Source: SAR202 cluster bacterium bin16 (lineage in GTDB: Bacteria > Chloroflexota > Dehalococcoidia > Lucifugimonadales > Australimonadaceae). Taken from it: DNA of 64,000 bases. Below are positions 30,020 to 38,456 of this stretch, piece by piece (within the stretch, counting starts at the first letter, position 1; each line of letters opens with the position of its first letter). The position numbers and the translations under genes are program-made. Where the stretch lies: contig MPMJ01000010.1 of the NCBI GenBank assembly GCA_002238425.1, positions 4,491-68,490 on the forward strand. The letters are read 5' to 3'. The notes beneath the pieces are model-generated. The model was not told where the DNA came from, searched no databases, and saw only the letters and a list, made by a program, of their open reading frames with translations.

Positions 30020-30611
30020 CGGTGAACAGCGTCGGCTTGAACGGCGAGAAGGTGAGCCGGTGTACCGGCGACGGGCCCTTCTCCGCGACCGCGGCGAGGT
30101 GCCGGGCCGAGGCGTAACCCTTGTGCGCGCTGAGGCCGTAGCCGGGGTAGCGCCTGTCCAGCCGCCGCATAAGCCTGTCGCGGTAGACCTTCGCCACGAT
30201 GGAAGCGGCGGAGATGGCAGTGCAGAGGGCATCGCCCTTCACGATGGCGGTACACGGCTTGCGACGCCAATCGAGCGGGAAGGCGTCCACGAGCACGTGG
30301 TCGGGAGGCTCCGAGAGGCATTCAAGGGCCCGGCGCATCGCGATGCGGGAGGCGGGGGCGATGCCCTCGCTGTCGATCTCCTCGTTGCTCGCCTCGCCGA
30401 TGCCGATGGCGAGGGCGATGCCACGCACGAGGCGGTCGGCGCGGCGCAGTTCGGCGGGCTTGAGCGTCTTGCTGTCGCGCAGGAGCGGCAGGTCGTCGTG
30501 CTCGAACCCGGTCAGGTCGGGGAGGACGACGGCGCCGGCGACGACCGGCCCGGCGATGGGGCCGCGCCCGACCTCATCCACGCCCGCGACGCGCGCATAG
30601 CCCTCCAGCAG
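30012..30611 (-). CDS. rnhB: ribonuclease HII (start codon uncertain; CTG at 30609-30611 proposed)
   Basis: It has the catalytic AGVDEVGRGP motif and ...DSKTL...HKGY. The first ATG/GTG/TTG (GTG 30581) falls inside the catalytic motif. GAGGAG lies 9 nt upstream of an in-frame CTG. Confidence 0.8.
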   Translation of the reverse strand: MLEGYARVAGVDEVGRGPIAGPVVAGAVVLPDLTGFEHDDLPLLRDSKTLKPAELRRADRLVRGIALAIGIGEASNEEIDSEGIAPASRIAMRRALECLSEPPDHVLVDAFPLDWRRKPCTAIVKGDALCTAISAASIVAKVYRDRLMRRLDRRYPGYGLSAHKGYASARHLAAVAEKGPSPVHRLTFSPFKPTLFTDA

Positions 30612-30665
30612 GAGGCGGTGCTCCTCGCTCTGCGTTGGGATGGGGTGTCCGTTCGTCGTCCGGCC

Positions 30666-31850
30666 TCAGACGGCAGCCGGTACTCCGGCCGGGCCGTTGT
30701 TCTCAGCGATAGAAGGCAGCCAGGCTTCCGCTGGACCCTCAATAAAACCGCCGCCGAGCACGCGATCGCCGTCGTAGAAGACGGCGGCCTGGCCCGGCGT
30801 GATGGCCCGCTGCGGCTCGTCGAACCATAGCACCGCGCCGTCGCCGTCGTGGTGAAGGACGGCCGAGGCGGGGCGTCCGTTGTAGCGTATGCGGATCGCG
30901 ACGCGGCACGGGTCAGCGGGGCGCGCGCCCGCGACGTAGCGGACGTTCCCCACACGAACGCCGTGCCGGAGCAGGTCGCGGCTTGCGCCGACGGTGATGC
31001 GCCGCGTCGCAGGATCGACCGCCGTCACGAAGAGCTTCTCACCCTCGGGCAGGCCCAGGGCCGATGGCGCGACGCCGATGCCGCGCCGCTGGCCGACGGT
31101 GAAGAACTCGATGCCCGGATGCTCGCCGACCACGCGGCCTGCCGCGTCCACGACCTCGCCCGGTTCCGGCGCGGACTCCTTCCGCATGAACCGCCGGTAG
31201 TCGCCGCTGGGGATGAAGCAGATCTCCTGGCTGTCCGCCTTGTCCGCGAGGTGGAACCCGGCCTCTCTGGCCAGCGCGCGGATCTCCTCCTTGGCGTAGG
31301 CGCCCACCGGCAGCAGCACGTGGCCGAGCTGCTCCTGGCCGAGGCCGAAGAGCACGTAGGACTGGTCCTTGCCCGCGTCCACGCCCTGGCGGAGCGTCCA
31401 CGTGCCTTCGACGCTGTCGCGTTCGATGCGGGCGTAGTGGCCGGTGGCGACGTAGTCGGCATCCATCATCGCGGCGCGCTGCATGAGGAAGTCGAACTTG
31501 ATGCGGTCGTTGCAGGCGATGCAGGGGTGCGGCGTGCGCCCACGCTCATACTCGCTCACGAAGTAGGCGACGACGTGCTCGCGGAACTCGCGACGGGCGT
31601 CGACGACATAGTGCGGGACGCCCAGCACCTGGCAGACGCGGCGGGCGTCCTCGATGTCCTGGATAGAGCAGCAGCCCTGGTGGTCCGGCGATACGTCGTC
31701 CTCGTCCGCCGACCAGAGGCGCATCGTGACGCCGATGACGTCGTGGCCCTGCCGGTGCAGAAGGTACGCGGCTACCGACGAGTCGACACCGCCCGACATC
31801 GCGACGATGACCCGCTTCCCATGCCTTGTTGTGCTGTCCTTCGTTCCCAT
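30666..31850 (-). CDS. mnmA: tRNA 2-thiouridine(34) synthase MnmA
   Basis: I trimmed the ORF to the ATG at 31848-31850. The protein has KRVIVAMSGGVDSSVAAYLL (PP-loop) and ends ...GQAAVFYDGDRVLGGGFI. Confidence 0.9.
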   Translation of the reverse strand: MGTKDSTTRHGKRVIVAMSGGVDSSVAAYLLHRQGHDVIGVTMRLWSADEDDVSPDHQGCCSIQDIEDARRVCQVLGVPHYVVDARREFREHVVAYFVSEYERGRTPHPCIACNDRIKFDFLMQRAAMMDADYVATGHYARIERDSVEGTWTLRQGVDAGKDQSYVLFGLGQEQLGHVLLPVGAYAKEEIRALAREAGFHLADKADSQEICFIPSGDYRRFMRKESAPEPGEVVDAAGRVVGEHPGIEFFTVGQRRGIGVAPSALGLPEGEKLFVTAVDPATRRITVGASRDLLRHGVRVGNVRYVAGARPADPCRVAIRIRYNGRPASAVLHHDGDGAVLWFDEPQRAITPGQAAVFYDGDRVLGGGFIEGPAEAWLPSIAENNGPAGVPAAV

Positions 31851-31901
31851 TCGCTGCGGCGGCCTCTCGTCCACCGGTGTCCATGATAGCAGCGCGCCGC
31901 C

Positions 31902-31907
31902 TATAAT
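31902..31907 (+). promoter_or_regulatory. perfect -10 TATAAT, 8 nt before the rsfS ATG
   Basis: No SD is present, so the geometry is leaderless-type. Confidence 0.35.
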
Positions 31908-31915
31908 CTCCCCGC

Positions 31916-32284
31916 ATGGCAACGCAGCAGAGCACATCCCCGGACGCGGGCGCGGCGGCGCGCACGGCTGTCGACGCGGCGTCGGACAAACAGGGTTCCA
32001 ACATCGTGCTGCTGGACGTGCGAGAGGTGTCGGCGTTCGCCGACTACATGGTGGTGCTGACGGCAGGGAGCGTACGCCAGTTGAACGCGCTCTCGGATGA
32101 CCTGATCGAAGCGGTGGAGAAGGCGGGGCCGGCGCTGCATCACCGGGAAGGCTCAGCGGAGTCCGGCTGGGTGCTGCTCGACTTCGGCGACGTGGTGGTG
32201 CACGTCTTCAGCGAGGAGCAGCGGGACTTCTACCGGCTGGAGCAGGTGTGGCGGGCGGGCAGAGAGCTCGTCAGGATTCAGTGA
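31916..32284 (+). CDS. rsfS: ribosome silencing factor RsfS
   Basis: 122 aa with DKQGSNIVLLDVREVSAFADYMVVLTAGSVRQLNAL. Confidence 0.9.
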   Translation: MATQQSTSPDAGAAARTAVDAASDKQGSNIVLLDVREVSAFADYMVVLTAGSVRQLNALSDDLIEAVEKAGPALHHREGSAESGWVLLDFGDVVVHVFSEEQRDFYRLEQVWRAGRELVRIQ

Positions 32285-32726
32285 CCCAGGGCTCGATCTC
32301 GCGGGCGTAGTCCAGCAGTTCCGCATCCTCGAAGAAGATGGCGAGTTCCCGCTCCGCGGACTCCGGCGAGTCGGAACCGTGGATGAGGTTCCGCCCGATG
32401 TCCACCGCCAAGTCGCCCCGTATGGTGCCGGGCTCGGCGTTCTGGGGGTTCGTAGATCCCATCGTCTTGCGCACGACCTCGACCGCGCTCTTGCCTTCCA
32501 CCGCCATCGCGACGATCGGACGGGACATCATGAACGAGGAGAGCCCCGCGAAGAACGGCTTCTCCACGTGCTCGGCGTAGTGGCGCTGCGCGGCGGCCAT
32601 GTCCATCCGCATGAGCTTCATGCCGACGATCTTCAGGCCACGGTCTTCCAATCGAGAGATGATCCTGCCCGCGAGGCCGCGCTGCAGCGCGTCCGGTTTG
32701 AGCAGAACGAGAGTACGCTCGGACAA
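32271..32726 (-). CDS. ndk: nucleoside-diphosphate kinase
   Basis: MSERTLVLLKPDALQRGL...NLIHGSD. It overlaps the 3' end of rsfS by 14 nt (convergent). Confidence 0.95.
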   Translation of the reverse strand: MSERTLVLLKPDALQRGLAGRIISRLEDRGLKIVGMKLMRMDMAAAQRHYAEHVEKPFFAGLSSFMMSRPIVAMAVEGKSAVEVVRKTMGSTNPQNAEPGTIRGDLAVDIGRNLIHGSDSPESAERELAIFFEDAELLDYAREIEPWVTES

Positions 32727-32873
32727 GGCTGGTTACTCCTTCGTGCCGCCGGCCAGGAGCACGGCAGGCCTGAATGGCGATTCGCCAGTATCAATACGGC
32801 GGAATCCGTAGGCTATCACACTGACGGGATCGAGGGTGGGCTGGGCGTGTCCTCCCGCGTTCCCCCCGCTTCC

Positions 32874-33014
32874 TTTGCGCAACTCTGTTCGGCGGAGCGT
32901 AGTTCTTCCCACCCACCCGCCGGTACGCCCTTCGGCAGGCTCAGGACAGGCTTGGGGGACACCCCCACGCCGCGGCCTGCGCCCGTGGCAGAGGGGATTC
33001 TCCCTCTGCACTCC
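32874..33014. repeat. intergenic repeat family B copy (~140 bp)
   Basis: The core at 32905-33000 matches 18872-18967 at 92/96 positions. Confidence 0.8.
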
Positions 33015-33131
33015 CTTCATCAGACACTCCCAACCCCACCCGGTTCTCAGCATGACACCCTCTTTCTACCCCCTAGGCTATGAGGTTGCGCACTGAAGCG
33101 CGGGCCTGCGCAGGAACGACGGGGAAAGCCG

Positions 33132-33833
33132 CTAGCCGCCTGAGACGGGTTTCGGGGCGTTCGGTGGCGTGATGCGCGGTGAGCGGAGGTAGCGCGGAGC
33201 GATAGCCGTCGCGCTGCCCGCCTCGCCTGAGGCTAGGAGCGCGGCGCCGAGCTCCGCCGCGCCCGACAGGCGCGCGAGCGGCGCGGACTCGGTGACGGAC
33301 CGCGCATCCGCGCCCATGTGCTCGCGCAATGCGTCTTCCACGTCGACGACAGACTCGCCGCAGAAGAGCGTCGGGCCGGACTGCGCGGCAGTGAACTCGG
33401 GGATGGGGGAGACCTGCTCCTCGGTCAGCGCATTCCATGACCTGTCAGTCGTGCCGTAGACGGCCCAGGCGACCACTCCCCGGCCCGCAGGGAGCACCGC
33501 ACAGACGCGATTCGCCGTGAACCGGTAGGGGTACGCCGATGCTTCGAGCGTGCTCACGCCGGCAACCGGAAGCGACCACGCCACCGCCAGCCCCTTCGCG
33601 ACACCGATGCCGGTGCGCAGCGCGCTGAACCCGCCGGGGCCCACGCTCACCACGAGGCCGTCCAGCGCATCCGGCGCGATGCCTTCCGCCTCCGTGAGCG
33701 AGCGAACAGCGGGCATGAGTTCGGCCGTGTGGTTGTTGCGGGAACGCCACGAGACGGAGCGCGCCAGCCCGTCGCGCCAGACCGCCGCCGCACCGTAGCG
33801 CGTGGAGGTGTCTATGATGAGGTAGGCCGTCAT
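33132..33833 (-). CDS. tsaB: tRNA t6A37 biosynthesis protein TsaB
   Basis: I trimmed the ORF to the ATG at 33831-33833 (ATGA overlap with the tsaE stop). The protein has MTAYLIIDTSTRYGAAAV...VSVGPGGFSALRTGIGVAKGLA. Confidence 0.85.
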   Translation of the reverse strand: MTAYLIIDTSTRYGAAAVWRDGLARSVSWRSRNNHTAELMPAVRSLTEAEGIAPDALDGLVVSVGPGGFSALRTGIGVAKGLAVAWSLPVAGVSTLEASAYPYRFTANRVCAVLPAGRGVVAWAVYGTTDRSWNALTEEQVSPIPEFTAAQSGPTLFCGESVVDVEDALREHMGADARSVTESAPLARLSGAAELGAALLASGEAGSATAIAPRYLRSPRITPPNAPKPVSGG

Positions 33834-34318
33834 CGCGCCTCCATCTGCAACGCGTCGAGCAGCCGGACGTAGCGCTCGCCGTGCGGCTCCAGCGTCAGCA
33901 CCCGGGCATCCGGCGCGTCGCCGAAAGCGATGCCGACCGCGAGGTGCTCGTCCGGAAAGACGGTCTGCGCCTGCTCGGGCCACTCGACGACGCACGCTCC
34001 CTCCTCCAGCATCTCGCCGAACGCGAGGTCGTCTATCTCGAGGTCGCCGCCATCCATGCGGAAGAGGTCCACGTGGTAGACGGGGATGCGGCCCTCGTAC
34101 TCGTGCACGAGCACGAACGTCGGGCTGTGCGCGTAGCCGGTCACGCCCGCTCCCCAGGCGAGGCCCTGCGTCAGCGTCGTCTTGCCTGCGCCGAGGTTCC
34201 CACGCAGCAGGTAGAGGTCGCCGGGTTCCGCGAGCGCGCCGAGCCTGCGCCCGAGTGCCTGCGTCTCCTCGGCGCTGTAGGTTTCGAACCGTGTATCCGT
34301 CACCGCAAATGCTCCCAT
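33830..34318 (-). CDS. tsaE: tRNA t6A37 biosynthesis ATPase TsaE
   Basis: 162 aa with LRGNLGAGKTTLTQGL (Walker A) and SPTFVLVHEY. Confidence 0.9.
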   Translation of the reverse strand: MGAFAVTDTRFETYSAEETQALGRRLGALAEPGDLYLLRGNLGAGKTTLTQGLAWGAGVTGYAHSPTFVLVHEYEGRIPVYHVDLFRMDGGDLEIDDLAFGEMLEEGACVVEWPEQAQTVFPDEHLAVGIAFGDAPDARVLTLEPHGERYVRLLDALQMEAR

Positions 34319-35292
34319 CCTTCAACATCGATAGTGACAGGCTCGCCGCGCCCGGCAACGAACGAGATCCTGCCTGCGGGCCCTTCTATGATCTCGCCGA
34401 TAACCACGCTGCCGGGGACCTCGGAGACGACGTCCTGCACGAGGTCGGACGGGCCGGTGAACAACAGTTCGTAGTCCTCGCCGCCGCCCAGCGCCAGCCG
34501 CAGCGCATCCGGGCGGAACTCGCTCCGGAGCGCATCCGCCGCTGGCACGTGGTCGACCTCGACACGCGCCGAGACGCGGGACGCTTTCGCGAGCTTGGGG
34601 AGATCGGCGGCGAGCCCGTCCGACAGGTCCATCGCACAGCGCACACCGACACGACGGAGCACGGCGCTTGCGTCCGTCCGCGCCGCGGGCCTGCGATGCG
34701 CCAGCGCGAGCGCCTGCCGGGCGGGGGTGTCCAGCTCGGCGCCGCTCTCCAGCAGCAGCAGTCCGCCGCGAGAGCCGCCGAGCGGGCCGGTTACGGCGAG
34801 CACGTCGCCGGGGCGGGCCGCCGACCGGGACAGCGGGGTGGCGCTGCACACGCCGGTCATGGCGACAGTAACGAACGGAACGGGCGAGCCGACGATGTCT
34901 CCGCCCATCAGTTCGGTCCCGTAGGCGGCGCACGCTTCCAGCATGCCGTCGTACAGCGCGTCGACGTCGTTCACGTCGAGGTCAGCGGGCAGGCCGAGCG
35001 TCACCAGGCCTGCGAAGGGCGAGCCTCCCATGGCGGCTATGTCGCTCACGTTGGAGACCCACGCCTTCCAGCCCACGTCCGCCCACGACATGGTGGACGT
35101 GCGGAAGTGGACGCCCTCGACCATCGTATCGGTCGTGGCGGCCTGCACGCCGGCAACGCGCCACGCCGCGGCGTCGTCGCCGATGGCGGCGATGACGCGT
35201 CCCCCCATCGTCTGCAGCGGGCTGGCGCGTCGCACGCGCTCGACGATGCGCTCGATGAGCGCCGTCTCCCCCAGTTCTCCGACCGTTGTCAT
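34300..35292 (-). CDS. thiL: thiamine-monophosphate kinase
   Basis: I trimmed the ORF to the ATG at 35290-35292. The protein starts MTTVGELGETALIERI...IGDDAAAW...DTMVEGVHF. Confidence 0.9.
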   Translation of the reverse strand: MTTVGELGETALIERIVERVRRASPLQTMGGRVIAAIGDDAAAWRVAGVQAATTDTMVEGVHFRTSTMSWADVGWKAWVSNVSDIAAMGGSPFAGLVTLGLPADLDVNDVDALYDGMLEACAAYGTELMGGDIVGSPVPFVTVAMTGVCSATPLSRSAARPGDVLAVTGPLGGSRGGLLLLESGAELDTPARQALALAHRRPAARTDASAVLRRVGVRCAMDLSDGLAADLPKLAKASRVSARVEVDHVPAADALRSEFRPDALRLALGGGEDYELLFTGPSDLVQDVVSEVPGSVVIGEIIEGPAGRISFVAGRGEPVTIDVEGWEHLR

Positions 35293-35331
35293 AGGGCCAT
35301 TATCGCAAAACCGAGCGGCTATGGCGGGGCG

Positions 35332-35337
35332 TATACT
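35332..35337 (+). promoter_or_regulatory. -10 box TATACT, 14 nt before the ATG at 35352
   Basis: Judged on position only. No convincing -35 is present. Confidence 0.25.
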
Positions 35338-35351
35338 GGTTGCAGGGCAAC

Positions 35352-36854
35352 ATGTCACGACTATCCCTCACCACCCTGGTCGCCGCCGCCTTCCTCGTTG
35401 CGGGGTGCACGTCCACGGCCTACACCCCCGAGCCGCCCACGCCGACCCCGACGCACACGCCAACCCCTGGGCCGACGGCCACTCCCACTCCTACGAACAC
35501 CCCTGTCTCCCCCTCCACTACAGACGCCTCCTACGACCCGAACAACACGATGTGGCGCATCTTCAGCACCACCGAACAGACGTTTGAGGCCCTGCAGCTT
35601 GCCCTCGACGACGCGGTTGCGGCGAACGACGTCTCCCAGGTGCCGATCATAGTGGAGATCATGCGTTTCAGCGGCGCCCCGGCGGTGATGGACGCGTACC
35701 GGGAGGCACTCGTGAGCCTCACCGGCCAGGACTTCTGGCTCGATCCGCCTGCGTGGAACGCGGCGATGGAGTGGCTCGGCCCCCGACGGGACGAGTTCCC
35801 TCCGCCGGACGACTACCTGGACTGGAAGGTGAACATCCTCGGGCTCATCGACCCGCGCATGGCGGCATTCTTCACCTCTGCGCCCGGTTCGGAGCGCATC
35901 GATCTCACGGAGGCCGTCTGGGGCGGCGTGCGCACCGACGGCATCCCCGACCTGCAGTTCGCGCCCACGCTCACGCCGGACGAGGCGGACTACCTCAACC
36001 CGCGTGACCGCGTATTCGGCGTCTCCATCAACGGCGAGCACCGCGCCTACCCGCTGCGCATCATGAACCCGCACGAGATGGCGAACGACCGGTTAGGAGG
36101 CGAGCCGATAGCGCTCGCCTACTGAACGCTCTGCTTCAGCGGGATCGTGTATTCCGCAAAGATAGACGGGGAACCCACCACGTTCGGCACGTCCGGCATG
36201 CTCTACCAGAGCAACAAGCTGATGTACGACCGCACGACGAACTCGATATGGAACCAGTTCACCGGCGAGCCCGTCGTCGGCCCGCTGGCGGACAGCGGTA
36301 TCAAGCTCGACTTCTTCGCGTCCGTGCTGACGACGTGGGAGGAGTGGCTGGCAGAACACCCGGACACCACGGTCCTGAACGTCGATACCGGCGTCTACTC
36401 ACCGACCGTCTATGCCCACGAATGGGAGCCGCAGGCCATCTACTTCGACTACTTCTCGTCACCCAGGACGATGTTCCCGGTCTTCAACCGGGACGAGGCG
36501 CTGCTCCCCAAGGAGACGGTCATCGGCGTGGGCATCAACGACGACTACAAGGCGTACCCCGTCTCCGCCTTCGCCGACGAGCCCGTCATCAACGACGTGG
36601 TGGGCGGGCAGGAGATCGTCATCGCAGGGTCGAGCACCTGGGGCACGGGCAGGGTCTACGAGCGGGGTGGACGAACGTTCGCCAAGGAAGGCGACGGCCT
36701 GCGGGACCAGGATGGGAACTCGTGGACCATCGGCGAGGATGCGCTGAACCGGGCGGACGGCGCCGAGACGCTGGCGCGCATACCGACGATAACGTCGTTC
36801 TGGCACGGATGGTTCTCGTTCCACCCGGACACCGCCCGCTACGAGAGCAGCTAG
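35352..36854 (+). CDS. DUF3179 domain lipoprotein, candidate selenoprotein (in-frame TGA 36123-36125 read as Sec, U-T-L-C motif)
   Basis: Track ORFs 35340..36125 and 36147..36854 share one frame, and only this TGA lies between them. The DUF3179-like sequence runs across the join: RAYPLRIMNPHEMANDRLGGEPIALAY-U-TLCFSGIVYSAKIDGEPTTFGTSGMLYQSNKLMYDRTTNSIWNQ. The N-terminus MSRLSLTTLVAAAFLVAGC is a lipobox signal peptide. A hairpin follows the TGA. selA is in the window. Confidence 0.7.
36134..36161 (+). promoter_or_regulatory. candidate bacterial SECIS hairpin
   Basis: The upper stem is GCGGGAU (36139-45) / AUUCCGC (36151-57), 7 bp including one G-U pair. The loop is CGUGU. The lower stem is CUU/AAG with a small internal loop. 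The stem starts 13 nt after the UGA. Confidence 0.45.
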
Positions 36855-36877
36855 CCCTCCCCGCTTAAAAGGAAGAA

Positions 36878-36893
36878 GGCGGGTCTCCCCGCC
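36878..36893. terminator. GC hairpin GGCGGG-tctc-CCCGCC between convergent genes
   Basis: It lies 24 nt after the DUF3179 stop and is flanked by an A-rich left side and a T-containing right side. Confidence 0.45.
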
Positions 36894-37051
36894 ATTCATT
36901 CCTCTGCCAGCGTTCCCGGCACACCTCTTGTCCGTCGCTCCTCTGCGTATCTAGGGCGGAGCCACCCATGTCCGTGTCGGTGTTCGCTTCAACTCTCATA
37001 CTACCGACAGAGTGTTGCGTCCCCGTTACATGAACGTTAAGGGAGTGTTAC

Positions 37052-37075
37052 GGCTCGCGAAGCGTCCCGCGAGCC
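37052..37075 (-). terminator. hairpin GGCTCGCG-8nt-CGCGAGCC downstream of the Rieske oxygenase gene
   Basis: Perfect 8-bp stem, 36 nt past the stop at 37111 on the minus strand. The U-tract is weak. Confidence 0.3.
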
Positions 37076-37110
37076 GCGTACAGGTCAGTTTCCCGAGGTA
37101 TCCCATGCGC

Positions 37111-38382
37111 TCAGGCTGCGCCCACGTACATCTTCTGCATGAGGGCGTCCTGCCAGCGGACGCTGTCGGGTAGCACCTCTTCGATGGCGCGGATGTGGTA
37201 GTAGGCGTCGTTCGCGCCGCGGGGCGTCCCGCCGTCCTCGACGGTGCGTACCGCCTCCAGCAGCATCTTGCGCGCGATGATGACGGCACGGTCGGTTTGG
37301 CCGAGGTGTTCCTGGCTGCGGTCGACGATGGGCTTCATCGCCTCCTGCACGGCCCGGTCCTGCGCGTTGATGCCCTTGATGCCGGTGAACGTGTCCGAGC
37401 GCTGCAGGTCACGGTCGATCATCCAGTTGTTGCGCGGGTTGCGCAGGCTGCGCCACGTCCTCTGGTCGACGTCGTCGGGGCCGTTGCCCGTGGCGAGTTC
37501 GTCGCGCTCGGGTTGGGTGAGCGGTTCGTCCAGCGTGTAGAACCAGTTCCAGACCATGGTGGTCTCGTCGTCCATGGGCACCCAGTGGTGGCCGGCGATC
37601 TTGAACTTGAACCAGGAGCCGTCGTTGTTCAGCTGCGCCGCGCGGATCTGAACGTGGGGCATCACGAAGTGGTAGGTGCGGACGTAGTTGGCGTCCTCGC
37701 CGGGGAGAGCGCGTATCGAGCCGTAGCGGTAGCCGTAGTCCGTCGGCTCTACTTCGAGCTTCGAGGCGATGCCCTTCGCTCGCAGGCCGTCCAGCCCTAT
37801 CGCGCCGCCGGTGCCGAACTTCCGGTGGAGGAATGACGAGTGCACCGAGTCGATGCCGCCCTCCAGCGCCTGGAGCCAGTTGCACTCCTCGATGACCTTG
37901 GAGGCGTGGCGGTGGGTCTGGGGCTGGCGCGTGAACTCGAACGAGGGTACCGGGGGCGTCTGTTCCTTCGGTCCCATGTAGGTCCAGATGACGCCGCCGA
38001 TCTCCACCGTGGGGTACGCCGTGACGTGCACCTTGCGGCTGAATTCGTACTGCTCGGGCTCGTTGGGCATGTCGACGCACGTGCCATTCACGTCAAACTT
38101 CCAGCCGTGGTAGACGCAGCGGATGCCGTTCTCTTCGTTCCTGCCCAGCCAGAGCGACGTGAGGCGGTGGGGACACCACTCGCTCATGAGGCCGACGCGG
38201 CCGGACGTGTCGCGGAACGCGATGAGGTCCTCGCCGAGGATGCGGAGTCGCAGCGGGTCGCAGTCGGGGTGCGGCAACTCGTTGGAGATGAGGACCGGCT
38301 GCCAGTAGCGGCGCATCACCTCGCCCATCGGCGTACCGGGCCCCACACGGGTGAGTCGTTCGTTGTCCCTGGTCGAAAGCAT
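37111..38382 (-). CDS. Rieske [2Fe-2S] oxygenase, phthalate-family (single-subunit alpha type)
   Basis: I trimmed the ORF to the ATG at 38380-38382. The protein starts MLSTRDNERLTRVGPGTPMGEVMRRYWQP. The Rieske motif is CPHRLTSL...CVYHGWKF. Confidence 0.85.
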   Translation of the reverse strand: MLSTRDNERLTRVGPGTPMGEVMRRYWQPVLISNELPHPDCDPLRLRILGEDLIAFRDTSGRVGLMSEWCPHRLTSLWLGRNEENGIRCVYHGWKFDVNGTCVDMPNEPEQYEFSRKVHVTAYPTVEIGGVIWTYMGPKEQTPPVPSFEFTRQPQTHRHASKVIEECNWLQALEGGIDSVHSSFLHRKFGTGGAIGLDGLRAKGIASKLEVEPTDYGYRYGSIRALPGEDANYVRTYHFVMPHVQIRAAQLNNDGSWFKFKIAGHHWVPMDDETTMVWNWFYTLDEPLTQPERDELATGNGPDDVDQRTWRSLRNPRNNWMIDRDLQRSDTFTGIKGINAQDRAVQEAMKPIVDRSQEHLGQTDRAVIIARKMLLEAVRTVEDGGTPRGANDAYYHIRAIEEVLPDSVRWQDALMQKMYVGAA

Positions 38383-38456
38383 CGTGGGCTTCCTCGCATG
38401 ATCCCTGAGTTTGGATGGTTGTACGCCCCGCAGGGTGAGCCTGTCAACGAGTCGGC

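Noticed and set aside
30666-30668. The TGA between in-frame mnmA and rnhB as a possible selenocysteine codon.
   Set aside because: MnmA's conserved core already ends about 25 codons earlier. There is no Cys-containing redox motif or convincing hairpin at this position. A non-canonical rnhB start is the simpler explanation.
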